DNA of 64,000 nucleotides, taken from positions 42,624 through 106,623 of the forward strand of contig SVFK01000008.1 in NCBI GenBank assembly GCA_015056915.1, in the 5' to 3' direction. This DNA is from Lachnospiraceae bacterium. GTDB lineage: Bacteria; Bacillota; Clostridia; Lachnospirales; Lachnospiraceae. Shown one piece after another: positions 9,124 to 18,376 of this stretch (position 1 is the stretch's first letter; every line of letters starts with the position of its first letter). The notes below the pieces were generated by a model. That model made no database searches. It saw only the letters and a program-made list of their open reading frames with translations, and was not told the origin of the DNA. A program made the translations under genes and the position numbers.

Positions 9124-10518
9124 ATGCAATATATCAAGCGTCATCCCCTGATTACGGGAACTATCATTCTCACTGCAACAGGACTGGTCAGCCGCATTAT
9201 CGGCTTTTTTTATCGGATTTATTTATCGCGCCTGTTCGGCGAAGAAGGAATGGGAATTTATCAGCTTTTAAACCCTGTTCTCTCTCTCTCCTTCTCCCTG
9301 ACTGCTGCCGGTTATCAGACCTCCATCTCCAAATTTGTAGCCGCTCAGACTGCCCAAAAGAAAGTGTCGCCATACAAACCCATGTTGGTGGGCTTAAGTA
9401 TCTCCCTACCGCTTTCCTTGCTCTGTACCGGCATTATATTCTTTGGTGCAGAGTTTATCGGCACAAGACTCCTGTTAGAGGAACGCACCATATCTATGCT
9501 GCGAATTCTTTCCTTTTCCATTCCCTTCGGTGCCGTTCACGCCTGTATCAACGGATATTTTTACGGCATGAAAAAGGCCGGTATTCCGGCAGTCACGCAA
9601 CTCATGGAACAGCTTGCCAGAGTCGGTTGTGTCTATGGGATATCCTCCTATGCATTTACCCATGGCAATACACCTTCTATCAATGTTGCCGTTCTCGGTT
9701 TGGCTGTAGGGGAACTATTCTCCATGATTATCTCCATTATCTCTATTTATGCATGTTATTCTGCGGACCGCAGGAATTGTTCACAAGACATTGGGACTTC
9801 CTTCCCTCAAGGATTCTCCGATACGCAATATACTCCAAGGCTTTTGGGGAATATGAGGAACACCCTCCCCATCTATGCCAGCATTTTAGGTATGGCATTG
9901 CCACTGACTGCCAATCGAATCGTCCTCAATCTGCTCCAAAGCATAGAATCCGTTTCGATTCCGGCAAGACTACGGCTATACGGCTACGATACTGCTACCT
10001 CCTTAAGTGTTTACGGCGTTCTCACCGGCATGGCAATGCCGCTGATTTTTTTCCCAAATGCACTAACAGGCTCCATTGCCGTATTATTGCTGCCCATGAT
10101 TTCTGAAAGTCACGCCCTGGGAGATATGAAGGCTGTCAAAGCAGCCACCTTGCGCACTGTAAAATACTGTCTGCTACTGGGCTCTCTATGTATGCTTGTC
10201 TTTATATTATTAGGAAAACACTTAGGAGTTGTCTTGTTCGATAGCGAACTGGCCGGACATTTTATCACAACTCTGGGCTTTATCTGTCCCTTTATGTATC
10301 TGGATACTACCCTGTCAAGTATCCTGCAGGGCTTGGGACTTGCCGGCCATATTTTTGTCATGAATGTAATTTGCCTTGTTTTGCGACTTCTCTTTGTCTT
10401 CCTCGCCATTCCCCATGTGGGCATCACCGGCTATTTGTGGGGAGTATTGGCAAGCCAACTGCTACAAAGTATACTGTATCTATTATGCCTGTATCGATTT
10501 CTACATAAAAAGGCGTAG
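9124..10518 (+). CDS. spoVB: SpoVB-like MOP flippase (polysaccharide biosynthesis family)
   Basis: GTIILTATGLVSRIIGFFYRIYLSRLFGEEGMGIYQL and YGVLTGMAMPLIFFP match SpoVB-type proteins. Confidence 0.75.
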   Translation: MQYIKRHPLITGTIILTATGLVSRIIGFFYRIYLSRLFGEEGMGIYQLLNPVLSLSFSLTAAGYQTSISKFVAAQTAQKKVSPYKPMLVGLSISLPLSLLCTGIIFFGAEFIGTRLLLEERTISMLRILSFSIPFGAVHACINGYFYGMKKAGIPAVTQLMEQLARVGCVYGISSYAFTHGNTPSINVAVLGLAVGELFSMIISIISIYACYSADRRNCSQDIGTSFPQGFSDTQYTPRLLGNMRNTLPIYASILGMALPLTANRIVLNLLQSIESVSIPARLRLYGYDTATSLSVYGVLTGMAMPLIFFPNALTGSIAVLLLPMISESHALGDMKAVKAATLRTVKYCLLLGSLCMLVFILLGKHLGVVLFDSELAGHFITTLGFICPFMYLDTTLSSILQGLGLAGHIFVMNVICLVLRLLFVFLAIPHVGITGYLWGVLASQLLQSILYLLCLYRFLHKKA

Positions 10519-10529
10519 ACATGTCTCAT

Positions 10530-10561
10530 AAAAAAAGAATGTGCCCCGGCACATTCTTTTT
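10530..10561. terminator. Bidirectional terminator between spoVB and nrdR
   Basis: AAAAAGAATGTGCC-cc-GGCACATTCTTTTT between convergent genes. Confidence 0.85.
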
Positions 10562-10564
10562 GAC

Positions 10565-11014
10565 TTATTTCAATACACTCTTCAATTCATCCATAAAGGT
10601 ATTAATATCCTTAAACTCTCTGTATACAGATGCAAAACGAACATATGCTACCGCATCCATACTTTTAAGCTTATTCATTACAAGCTCTCCGATTACCTCG
10701 CTTGAAATCTCCTTATCTTCCATATTGAAAATTTCATATTCCACTTCATCCACCAGAGTGGTAATCTGCTGTGCACTTACCGGACGCTTATGGCAGGCAC
10801 GCAACACACCGGCTTCAATCTTGGAACGATCGTAGGTTTCTCTGTTATTATCCTTTTTGATAATAATCAGAGGTATTGTCTCTATTTTCTCATAGGTCGT
10901 AAATCTCTTACCACACTCGTCACACACACGGCGACGGCGGATAGAATTGTTATCCTCCGCAGGTCTGGAATCAATTACTCTGGTATTTTCATGACTACAA
11001 AAAGGACATTTCAT
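10565..11014 (-). CDS. nrdR: Transcriptional repressor NrdR
   Basis: MKCPFC, VIDSR, IRRRRVC, RFTTYE, ATP cone, VAYVRFASVYREF. Confidence 0.97.
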   Translation of the reverse strand: MKCPFCSHENTRVIDSRPAEDNNSIRRRRVCDECGKRFTTYEKIETIPLIIIKKDNNRETYDRSKIEAGVLRACHKRPVSAQQITTLVDEVEYEIFNMEDKEISSEVIGELVMNKLKSMDAVAYVRFASVYREFKDINTFMDELKSVLK

Positions 11015-11089
11015 GCTTTAAACTCCTGTCTGCCCAATCCTTTCGGGCCCTTTCTTGTATATCGGCTTAAAAATCACCTGTTATTTTTT

Positions 11090-11118
11090 ATTATAGGAGA
11101 TTTAGCAGTTTATGTCAA
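11090..11118 (-). promoter_or_regulatory. Consensus sigma-A promoter for nrdR, overlapping the 3' end of ylmC
   Basis: Minus strand TTGACA-17 nt-TATAAT, an exact consensus match. Confidence 0.8.
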
Positions 11119-11335
11119 CCAAAATTATGTCCGGACCAATCTGACGGATATCCTTATAAGGAATAATAACATCCGGTTCGCAACGCAAGAAATTCAACGC
11201 TTTATTACCGCTGGGAATCACTATTTTACAAATACATCCACTACACTGGTCGATTTCCAAATCGCACACACGACCTATCTTTTTACAATCTCTGATATTA
11301 ATAACGTCCTTACATTTCAATTCCGAAAACAGCAT
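11102..11335 (-). CDS. ylmC: YlmC/YmxH family PRC-barrel sporulation protein
   Basis: LFSELKCKDVINIRDCKKIGRVCDLEID and IPYKDIRQIGPDIILVD. Start is at 11335 or 11341, not at the track's 11425. Confidence 0.88.
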   Translation of the reverse strand: MLFSELKCKDVINIRDCKKIGRVCDLEIDQCSGCICKIVIPSGNKALNFLRCEPDVIIPYKDIRQIGPDIILVDINC

Positions 11336-11464
11336 ATTCATCCACTCATTTCCGACTATACCTGCATGGTCAGTCACTTCCCTTTCTCTAATATATGCCG
11401 GAGCAGAGCAAAAATTTCTTTCCAAAGCATCCCTTCATTTTCTCATTCACAATGTTTTTTAAAG

Positions 11465-11494
11465 GTATATCCTGCCTTTTTTAAGCACATACTA
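11465..11494 (+). promoter_or_regulatory. sigma-G-type promoter of sigG
   Basis: GTATA-18 nt-CATACTA, matching the B. subtilis sigma-G consensus, upstream of AGGAGG and the sigG ATG. Confidence 0.75.
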
Positions 11495-11523
11495 CCTACA
11501 GACTAATTTAGGAGGACATCATT

Positions 11524-12303
11524 ATGGCACAGGGAAAAGTTGAAATCTGCGGAGTAAATACAGCTAAGCTTCCACTTCTCAAGGCAGCGGAAAAGGAAGC
11601 TCTCTTTGAGAGAATTGAGGCCGGAGACCAAAAAGCCAGAGAGCTTTATATTGAGGGAAATCTGCGACTTGTCTTAAGCGTTATTAAGCGTTTTTCCTCC
11701 AGTAACGAAAATGTGGACGATTTATTTCAGATTGGATGCATCGGTCTGATTAAGGCAATCGACAACTTTGACTCCTCTTTGAATGTAAAATTCTCCACCT
11801 ATGCCGTACCCATGATTATCGGTGAAATCCGGCGCTTCTTAAGAGATAACAATTCCATCCGCGTATCCCGCTCCTTAAAAGACACCGCATACAAGGCTGT
11901 ATATGCCCGCGATGCTTTGACCCGCCGCAACCTCAAGGAGCCTACTATTGAGGAGATTGCCAAGGAAGTGGGTATTTCCAAAGAAGATATTGTATATGCC
12001 ATGGATGCCATCCAAAATCCTATGAGCCTTTATGAACCGATTTTTACAGACGGCGGTGACACCCTTTACGTTATGGACCAGATTAGCGACAAAAAAAATA
12101 AGGAAGAGACGTGGGTCGAACATCTCTCCCTGAGCGAAGCCATGAAAAGGCTGAATTCTCGCGAAAAAACCATTGTCTCTCTCCGCTTCTTCGAGGGAAA
12201 GACACAGATGGAGGTGGCTGAGGCAATCGGAATCTCGCAGGCACAGGTTTCCCGTCTGGAGAAAAATGCCCTGCGTACCATGCGGAACTATCTGACAGCA
12301 TAA
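11524..12303 (+). CDS. sigG: Sporulation sigma factor SigG
   Basis: KVEICGVNTAKLPLL, NLRLVLSVIKRF, DDLFQIGCIGLIKAIDNFD, RDNNSIRVSRSLKD, QAQVSRLEK. Confidence 0.96.
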   Translation: MAQGKVEICGVNTAKLPLLKAAEKEALFERIEAGDQKARELYIEGNLRLVLSVIKRFSSSNENVDDLFQIGCIGLIKAIDNFDSSLNVKFSTYAVPMIIGEIRRFLRDNNSIRVSRSLKDTAYKAVYARDALTRRNLKEPTIEEIAKEVGISKEDIVYAMDAIQNPMSLYEPIFTDGGDTLYVMDQISDKKNKEETWVEHLSLSEAMKRLNSREKTIVSLRFFEGKTQMEVAEAIGISQAQVSRLEKNALRTMRNYLTA

Positions 12304-12310
12304 TCTGCTG

Positions 12311-12859
12311 TCAGTTTTTCTTTTTGCCTACTATTTTACAAAACAGCTTCCCAATACCCCAGATACATCTGAATAGCACATATCCTAAAACAGTACCGAT
12401 TGTATTGGTAATAATATCATCAATTTGAAAGTAGCCCCTTTCCGTAATCATCTGCAGATATTCTATCCCCAGACTGCTCACCAATCCCAGCAAAATGCAG
12501 GTGAACAGGTTTCGCATGGATGGAAATACCCATGCAGTTAAAAAACCATAAGGCATAAACAATAAAATATTTTCAATTGCATACGCATTATTTCTATCAT
12601 TGATTCCCCATGTAGAAAAAAGCTCTAAATCTATGCCATTGCTGCTTCCATTCTCTCTGGACCAAAAGGTAATAATCAACATAATTGCCGTATACATAAT
12701 ATAACTGACAATCGCAGCTACTGCAAAAGGCTTCTTCTGCTTTTTTACTCTTCGGTCATTTATTGCACAGAGTATGACAGTTGCCAATATACCCACTATC
12801 AATCCATAAGGAAGAAAGCGCAGCATTGACATTAAATCCTTTATAATATATTTTGTCAT
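12311..12859 (-). CDS. VanZ family membrane protein
   Basis: ENILLFMPYGF, SLGIEYLQ and FQIDDIITNTIG VanZ-like motifs; multiple TM helices. Confidence 0.85.
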   Translation of the reverse strand: MTKYIIKDLMSMLRFLPYGLIVGILATVILCAINDRRVKKQKKPFAVAAIVSYIMYTAIMLIITFWSRENGSSNGIDLELFSTWGINDRNNAYAIENILLFMPYGFLTAWVFPSMRNLFTCILLGLVSSLGIEYLQMITERGYFQIDDIITNTIGTVLGYVLFRCIWGIGKLFCKIVGKKKN

Positions 12860-12877
12860 ATCGATACCTGTTTCTTT

Positions 12878-13165
12878 TTAGCTCTGTTTCTCACGTTCCC
12901 ACTTTTCTTTATCCTGAAATAACCGGTCATTCATCCATGCCACAGCATCCATCACACCATCCTCATCAAAGGAAAAGAATTCACTTTTCTTTTGTTCCTC
13001 CGGTGTCGTAACAAAATTGAACGGCTCCGGCCACACTGTTACCTTTAGCCGCTTTCCGTCATCTGCGGCAGCACCCTCCAAGCGATAACGCATACCACGA
13101 TGAGAACCTGTATATTCCGTCTTTTTTAAATACTCCATGGACAATATATCTTCGCGTTTAATCAT
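12878..13165 (-). CDS. Hypothetical protein, 95 aa
   Basis: Clean ORF with an upstream AGGAAAG; fits the gap between sigE and vanZ. No function recognised. Confidence 0.75.
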   Translation of the reverse strand: MIKREDILSMEYLKKTEYTGSHRGMRYRLEGAAADDGKRLKVTVWPEPFNFVTTPEEQKKSEFFSFDEDGVMDAVAWMNDRLFQDKEKWEREKQS

Positions 13166-13231
13166 CTGTTACTTTCCTATCACATAATATACTCTATTAA
13201 GTATATACTATCTCACGCGGCTTTGCAAAGA

Positions 13232-13969
13232 CTAAATATGATTGCTCATTTCCTTTTTTAGCTGGCGCATGATTTTTTTCTCCAGTCTTGATATGTAGGA
13301 TTGTGATATGCCCAACAAAGCTGCAACCTCCTTTTGGGTCATTTCTTCACCATCCGGTGTACCCAGACCAAAGCGGAGATTTACAATCGTCTTTTCCCGC
13401 TCTGTCAGCTTGCTGATTGCCGACATCAAAAGCGTTCTTTCCACTTCGTTTTCAATACCACGGTATATCACATCTTCATCCGTTCCCAGGATATCTGACA
13501 AAAGAAGCTCATTACCATCCCAATCTACATTTAACGGCTCGTCAATAGACACCTCCAGCCTGGTCTTATTATTACGACGAAGATACATCAGTATTTCATT
13601 TTCAATGCATCGTGATGCATAGGTGGCAAGCTTAATATTTTTCTCAGGATTAAAGGTATTAATAGACTTTATCAGTCCGATCGTTCCGATAGAAATCAAA
13701 TCCTCCACTCCGACTCCCGTGTTATCAAACTTTTTGGCAATATACACCACCAAACGCAGGTTGTGCTCAATCAATATTGCCTTTGCTTCATCCTCATATT
13801 CCGTTCCTAGATCTCCGATTACCTGATTCTCCTGCTCCAGCTCTAACGGTGGCGGAAGCACTTCTGCTCCTCCTATATAGTGGATATCTCCCTTCTGAGG
13901 CAACAGGACCTTATCCCTTCGTATCATTTTAAAATGTATTTTTCCCGGTACTGCAACTTTTAATATCAT
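13232..13969 (-). CDS. sigE: Pro-sigma-E sporulation sigma factor
   Basis: Pro-sequence, then [67 protein letters not shown]; follows spoIIGA. Confidence 0.96.
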   Translation of the reverse strand: MILKVAVPGKIHFKMIRRDKVLLPQKGDIHYIGGAEVLPPPLELEQENQVIGDLGTEYEDEAKAILIEHNLRLVVYIAKKFDNTGVGVEDLISIGTIGLIKSINTFNPEKNIKLATYASRCIENEILMYLRRNNKTRLEVSIDEPLNVDWDGNELLLSDILGTDEDVIYRGIENEVERTLLMSAISKLTEREKTIVNLRFGLGTPDGEEMTQKEVAALLGISQSYISRLEKKIMRQLKKEMSNHI

Positions 13970-14041
13970 AATTGATTCCCCTTTTTACCTTTTCACTTAC
14001 ATCTTACACAATTACATGGTCTATCGATTGCTTATCTGCAC

Positions 14042-14890
14042 TTATACCGCCTCCTGCTTCTCAAAAAGTATAGGATTCAGAAGCATTCTGATACCTATCG
14101 CTTGTTCAGCAGACTGCTTCTTAGGCTCAAGGTCCTCCTTACTCCCGCTAATTTGTTCATCACACACTGCGATATACACATCTCTACATACCTTCTCCAC
14201 ACCATTCCACTCAATTCTGATTTCCGGCAAGAGATAGCCTTGCAGAATTCCCCTTTTTTTACCAATACTATGAAAGGGTATGGCACGATAATAAGGAGGT
14301 GGTTCCTTCCAAAGACTCTTGAAAATATGCGTCTCTATAATAGAAACCGGTTTCCCACTGATAGGCTCCACCAAGCTATTGCCGGAATCAATCAGTGCTG
14401 ATACCTTAAGCTTTACATCTCCACGTATCAGGGTGACACTGCATATGTTGTTTTTCTTCCTTCGATGCTCCTGCCAATATGTAATCCATAGATAGAATAC
14501 GGTTCCCACCCCGATTATACCAAAAATTCCCGACATGCTGTTTCTTACAAAGGGCACTCTTTTTATCAAAAATAAGAGCACACCGCCCATGAGTAACGAC
14601 CAGAGTAGTAACATCTCCACCAGCCTGCCAAATGCCCGTACGCTATGAATGCAAAATGCTGTAAAGAGCATCCCTGCCGTTCCTGTCACAATTCCTATGC
14701 CATACTTAAGTAACGGTGGACCATTCCACAAAAATGGCACCATGTACAAAATCGCACCTACAGCTGCTCCCGACAGCAACCGTAACCGCGTGGCAGTGCG
14801 GAACGTGCTTTGATTCACCAGAAGCAGCAGATACAGATTCATTACAAAGTTCACCAGAAACAAGCTATCAACATAAATCTCATAATACAT
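14042..14890 (-). CDS. spoIIGA: Sigma-E processing aspartic peptidase SpoIIGA
   Basis: MYYEIYVDSLFLVNFVMN start with SD AAGGGTGA; TM N-domain; ALIDSGNSLVEPISGKPV catalytic motif; IPFHSIG. Confidence 0.92.
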   Translation of the reverse strand: MYYEIYVDSLFLVNFVMNLYLLLLVNQSTFRTATRLRLLSGAAVGAILYMVPFLWNGPPLLKYGIGIVTGTAGMLFTAFCIHSVRAFGRLVEMLLLWSLLMGGVLLFLIKRVPFVRNSMSGIFGIIGVGTVFYLWITYWQEHRRKKNNICSVTLIRGDVKLKVSALIDSGNSLVEPISGKPVSIIETHIFKSLWKEPPPYYRAIPFHSIGKKRGILQGYLLPEIRIEWNGVEKVCRDVYIAVCDEQISGSKEDLEPKKQSAEQAIGIRMLLNPILFEKQEAV

Positions 14891-14911
14891 TACATCACCC
14901 TTTTCACAATC

Positions 14912-14987
14912 ATTATAAAACCTTCCTCCTATGGAATTTGTCAAAAACACGCGCAATATTAGCGATTTTCTTCTGTCTGATTCGACA
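14912..14987 (-). promoter_or_regulatory. Spo0A-dependent spoIIG promoter
   Basis: Minus strand TTGACA (14944-14939), 21-nt spacer, TATAAT (14917-14912); perfect 0A box TGTCGAA at 14987-14981. Confidence 0.75.
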
Positions 14988-15017
14988 AAAAAAGGAATGT
15001 GCTAAGGCACATTCCTT
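14987..15017 (-). terminator. Terminator after ftsZ
   Basis: AAGGAATGTGC-4 nt-GCACATTCCTT followed by a T-run on the minus strand. Confidence 0.85.
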
Positions 15018-15037
15018 CTGATTGTTCATGAAATATG

Positions 15038-16231
15038 TTATTTTCTGGTGAGGAAGTCAGGAATCTTTAAAGATTTCTCTTCCACTGAACTTCTGATATC
15101 TGTGGGCTTATGAATACCCGGCAGAGGCTGCAAATTAGGTTTGGGGGCAGCAGCTTGTCCTGCGCTTGCAGGAGCAGTAGGCTGCAAATTCATTCCCTTT
15201 AAAGAATTGGGAGTGATATGTGCTGTAGGCTGTCTGTAAGTATTGCCCGCACCCAGTCTGCTCTGTACGGCGTTATTTGCCACATCCTCAAGACCTGTAG
15301 CAATTACCGTAATCGTGCAGCTATCGGATTTAGATGCATCATACATTGCACCAAAGATAATATTAACATCATCACCGGCAAGATCTTGAACATAGCTTGC
15401 TGCATCGGATGCATCTGCAAGCGTAATGGCACCGGATACATTAACGATAACATGAGATGCACCGGTGATAGTCGTTTCAAGCAACGGACTTTCCACTGCC
15501 ATCTTAACTGCCTCAAGAGCCTTATCATCACCCTTGCCCTCACCAATACCGATGTGAGCGATACCCTTGTCCTTCATTACAGTCTGAACATCTGCAAAGT
15601 CAAGGTTAATAATTGCAGGAAGATTAATCAAATCGGTGATACCCTGAACTGCCTGCTGGAGCACCTCATCAGCCTTCTTTAAGGCTTCCGGCATTGTGGT
15701 CCGTCTGTCTACGATTTCAAGCAATTTATCATTAGGAATTACAATCAGTGTATCAACATGTTCTTTAATGCGCTCAATACCTGACAGCGCATTTACCATA
15801 CGAGCTTTGGCCTCAAAGCGGAAGGGCTTTGTCACAACACCTACGGTGAGGATACCCATCTCCTTTGCCAGTCTGGCAACTATCGGCGCTGCACCTGTTC
15901 CTGTACCGCCACCCATACCACAGGTTACAAATACCATGTCCGCACCCTCCAGTGCAGCTGCGATTTCCTCGGTACTCTCTTCTGCAGCTTTCTCACCAAC
16001 CTCGGGCTTTGCACCTGCGCCAAGTCCTTTGGTGAGCTTTTCTCCAATCTGTAAAAGCTTCGGAGCCTTACAAAGCTGTAAAGCCTGCTTATCGGTATTC
16101 ACTCCGATAAAATCCACACCACTGATTCCTTCATCAATCATTCTATTTACAGCATTATTACCTGCTCCACCCACACCGACTACGATGATCTTAGCAGCAG
16201 ATTCAGCGTCATTTGTCTTAATCTCCAGCAA
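15038..16231 (-). CDS. ftsZ: Cell division protein FtsZ
   Basis: [31 protein letters not shown]-terminal IPDFL. Confidence 0.98.
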   Translation of the reverse strand: MLEIKTNDAESAAKIIVVGVGGAGNNAVNRMIDEGISGVDFIGVNTDKQALQLCKAPKLLQIGEKLTKGLGAGAKPEVGEKAAEESTEEIAAALEGADMVFVTCGMGGGTGTGAAPIVARLAKEMGILTVGVVTKPFRFEAKARMVNALSGIERIKEHVDTLIVIPNDKLLEIVDRRTTMPEALKKADEVLQQAVQGITDLINLPAIINLDFADVQTVMKDKGIAHIGIGEGKGDDKALEAVKMAVESPLLETTITGASHVIVNVSGAITLADASDAASYVQDLAGDDVNIIFGAMYDASKSDSCTITVIATGLEDVANNAVQSRLGAGNTYRQPTAHITPNSLKGMNLQPTAPASAGQAAAPKPNLQPLPGIHKPTDIRSSVEEKSLKIPDFLTRK

Positions 16232-16336
16232 GGGTTAGTCCTCCTTTTTCATGAAACTACACAAAGCTTCTATTTAACTCCATATAGTCTATCATATAAT
16301 TATTTTACAAATTAATCAATAACTTTTTTAAGAAAT

Positions 16337-17071
16337 TTATGCATCCGGCTTGAATGTAAATTTCCCATTGCCCTCATCATACTTTTCCATTTGTAAAGTG
16401 CCGCTTTTTCCTTCCAATTCAGGGAGAAAACCGGGCAATAACATAATCTTATCCTCCAGCCTTGCGGCATCATCCCCCAAAGCCACCTTTATATCGCCAA
16501 AATAGATTGTTACATCACTGACAGAACGAAAATAGATCTTATCCGCTACAAGGCTGTACTTATTCAGCAGCTTTGTAATCTCCAAAATCTCATTAAATAC
16601 GGAATCGTTTTCCACAGGAAGTCTCTCTCCCAGTACCACATATTGAAAATCAAGACCTGTAATCTGCGGCACCCCCACAGTCCTTACACTGGAGCTCTCT
16701 ACGATATAACCATCCTTATCAAAATACATATAGGTATCTAAATATTTCACAAAGCCCGCAAGTGCTTTTTCATATACTGTAATCTTAATCGTGTCCGGCG
16801 ATAAAATGCTTACATCCATCACATCCACAAAGGGGATATTTTCCACACCTTTATTCTTATATTTCATGGAAAGATACAGAGAATTATCCCCTAGGATGCC
16901 ATCCATTACAATGCCTTTGATTTCTTCCTCTGTATAATGCACATTGCCTTCCACATACACGGTTTGAATCGTATATCTGTCCAGCACATAATATCCCAGC
17001 CCTAGGATAACTGCCAGAAATAACAACAATATCAGTATTTTAATTCCATATCTTCTTCCGGTTCTATACAC
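16337..17071 (-). CDS. ftsQ: Cell division protein FtsQ/DivIB
   Basis: N-terminal TM, POTRA-like VYVEGNVHYTEEEI, IKITVYEK; dcw position before ftsZ. Confidence 0.8.
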   Translation of the reverse strand: MYRTGRRYGIKILILLLFLAVILGLGYYVLDRYTIQTVYVEGNVHYTEEEIKGIVMDGILGDNSLYLSMKYKNKGVENIPFVDVMDVSILSPDTIKITVYEKALAGFVKYLDTYMYFDKDGYIVESSSVRTVGVPQITGLDFQYVVLGERLPVENDSVFNEILEITKLLNKYSLVADKIYFRSVSDVTIYFGDIKVALGDDAARLEDKIMLLPGFLPELEGKSGTLQMEKYDEGNGKFTFKPDA

Positions 17072-18326
17072 TAATAATACGCGCTCCTAACTCTCTCAAA
17101 TCTCTGCAGATATTTTCATATCCGCGGTATATATATTGACAACCGGTTATGGTCGTCTCTCCCTCTGCCATTAGTCCTGCCAAAACAAGTGCTGCACCAC
17201 CACGCAATTCTTTTGCTTCCACAGCTGTTCCCCGCAAAGTCTCTCTTCCTCTTACCAAAATCCGTCCGGCACCCTGCACTTCAATATCAGCTCCCATTTT
17301 CTTCAAGGGCTCCACAACCCGGAATCTGTTTTCAAATATCGTTTCTTCAATGACACAATCTCCGTCACCCAGAGTCTGCACCGCCAATGCCATGGACTGC
17401 AAATCCGTGGGAAAGCCGGGATACGGTTCCGTCCTCAAAAAACCAATACTTTTGGGACGTTCGGGAGCCTGCACATAAAGACCTTCCTCTGCAACAGTAC
17501 ATTGTGCCCCCATCTGCTCTGCTATCCGTATCACTGACTTCATATCCTTCCAGGGTGCCTGCTCCAGCAAAGTATTCCCCCCTGTTCCCAGACATCCAAA
17601 CAGATAGGTTCCTGCAACGATTCTGTCGGCGGGAACCAGATATTCCGCATCATAAAGAGGTCTTCCGCCCCGGATCCTTAATACAGAAGAACCGGCACCG
17701 TCTATATTGGCTCCACAGCATTCCAGATAACTGCAAAGTGCTTCTATTTCCGGTTCCTTGGCAGCACCGTAAACAATAGTATCTCCTTCTGCCATAACAG
17801 CAGCCAGAATAATATTTTCCGTTGCCCCCACACTGGCGAAAGGAAGTGTAATCTCGGCACCATGCAGATTTTGCGCAAAGGCCATCATGCGACCTTCCTC
17901 TTCCCGAAACACGACTCCCATCTGCTCCAACGCCTGTATGTGCAGGTCGATAGGTCTTTCTCCGATAACACAGCCACCCGGATGCTCCATTATCACTTCA
18001 CCACATCTTCCGATTAGGGCTCCAAGAAGACATAATGAAGAACGCATTCCGGTTACTGCTTCCACCGGCATATCTCCACAGCAAACCCGTTCTGCATTGA
18101 TGCGAATGCCACCCTCATCCCAGCTCACACTGCAGCCGAGACTTTTCAACAGACTCACCATTTTATATACATCTGCAATTCTTGGGCAGTTGCGAATATA
18201 AGAGGTTTCCTTGGTAAGCAAAGTTGCTGCCAAAATAGGCAGTACTGCATTTTTAGATCCCTGTATCCGCACCTTGCCCTGCAATGCCACACCACCTTGA
18301 ATATGAATAGAATTCATCAATACCAT
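17064..18326 (-). CDS. murA: UDP-N-acetylglucosamine 1-carboxyvinyltransferase (MurA family)
   Basis: GSKNAVLPILAA, PGGCVIGERPIDLH, SVGATEN, PYPGFPTDLQ, ETIFENRF, LRGGAAL. Confidence 0.92.
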   Translation of the reverse strand: MVLMNSIHIQGGVALQGKVRIQGSKNAVLPILAATLLTKETSYIRNCPRIADVYKMVSLLKSLGCSVSWDEGGIRINAERVCCGDMPVEAVTGMRSSLCLLGALIGRCGEVIMEHPGGCVIGERPIDLHIQALEQMGVVFREEEGRMMAFAQNLHGAEITLPFASVGATENIILAAVMAEGDTIVYGAAKEPEIEALCSYLECCGANIDGAGSSVLRIRGGRPLYDAEYLVPADRIVAGTYLFGCLGTGGNTLLEQAPWKDMKSVIRIAEQMGAQCTVAEEGLYVQAPERPKSIGFLRTEPYPGFPTDLQSMALAVQTLGDGDCVIEETIFENRFRVVEPLKKMGADIEVQGAGRILVRGRETLRGTAVEAKELRGGAALVLAGLMAEGETTITGCQYIYRGYENICRDLRELGARIISV

Positions 18327-18376
18327 CCGGTCAAAATTAATACTTATTCTATTCTATGTAGCATTGCTTGTTTACG

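Noticed and set aside
9066-10106. 346-aa alternative-frame ORF overlapping spoVB, and other long shadow ORFs such as 46848-48005 and 62508-63503
   Set aside because: They overlap well-supported genes, have atypical composition and show no motifs.
18330-18376. Possible sporulation promoter (CATAGAAT) and RBS gate upstream of murA
   Set aside because: The -35 is ambiguous and the potential pairing is weak and AT-rich, so it does not support a third gated gene.
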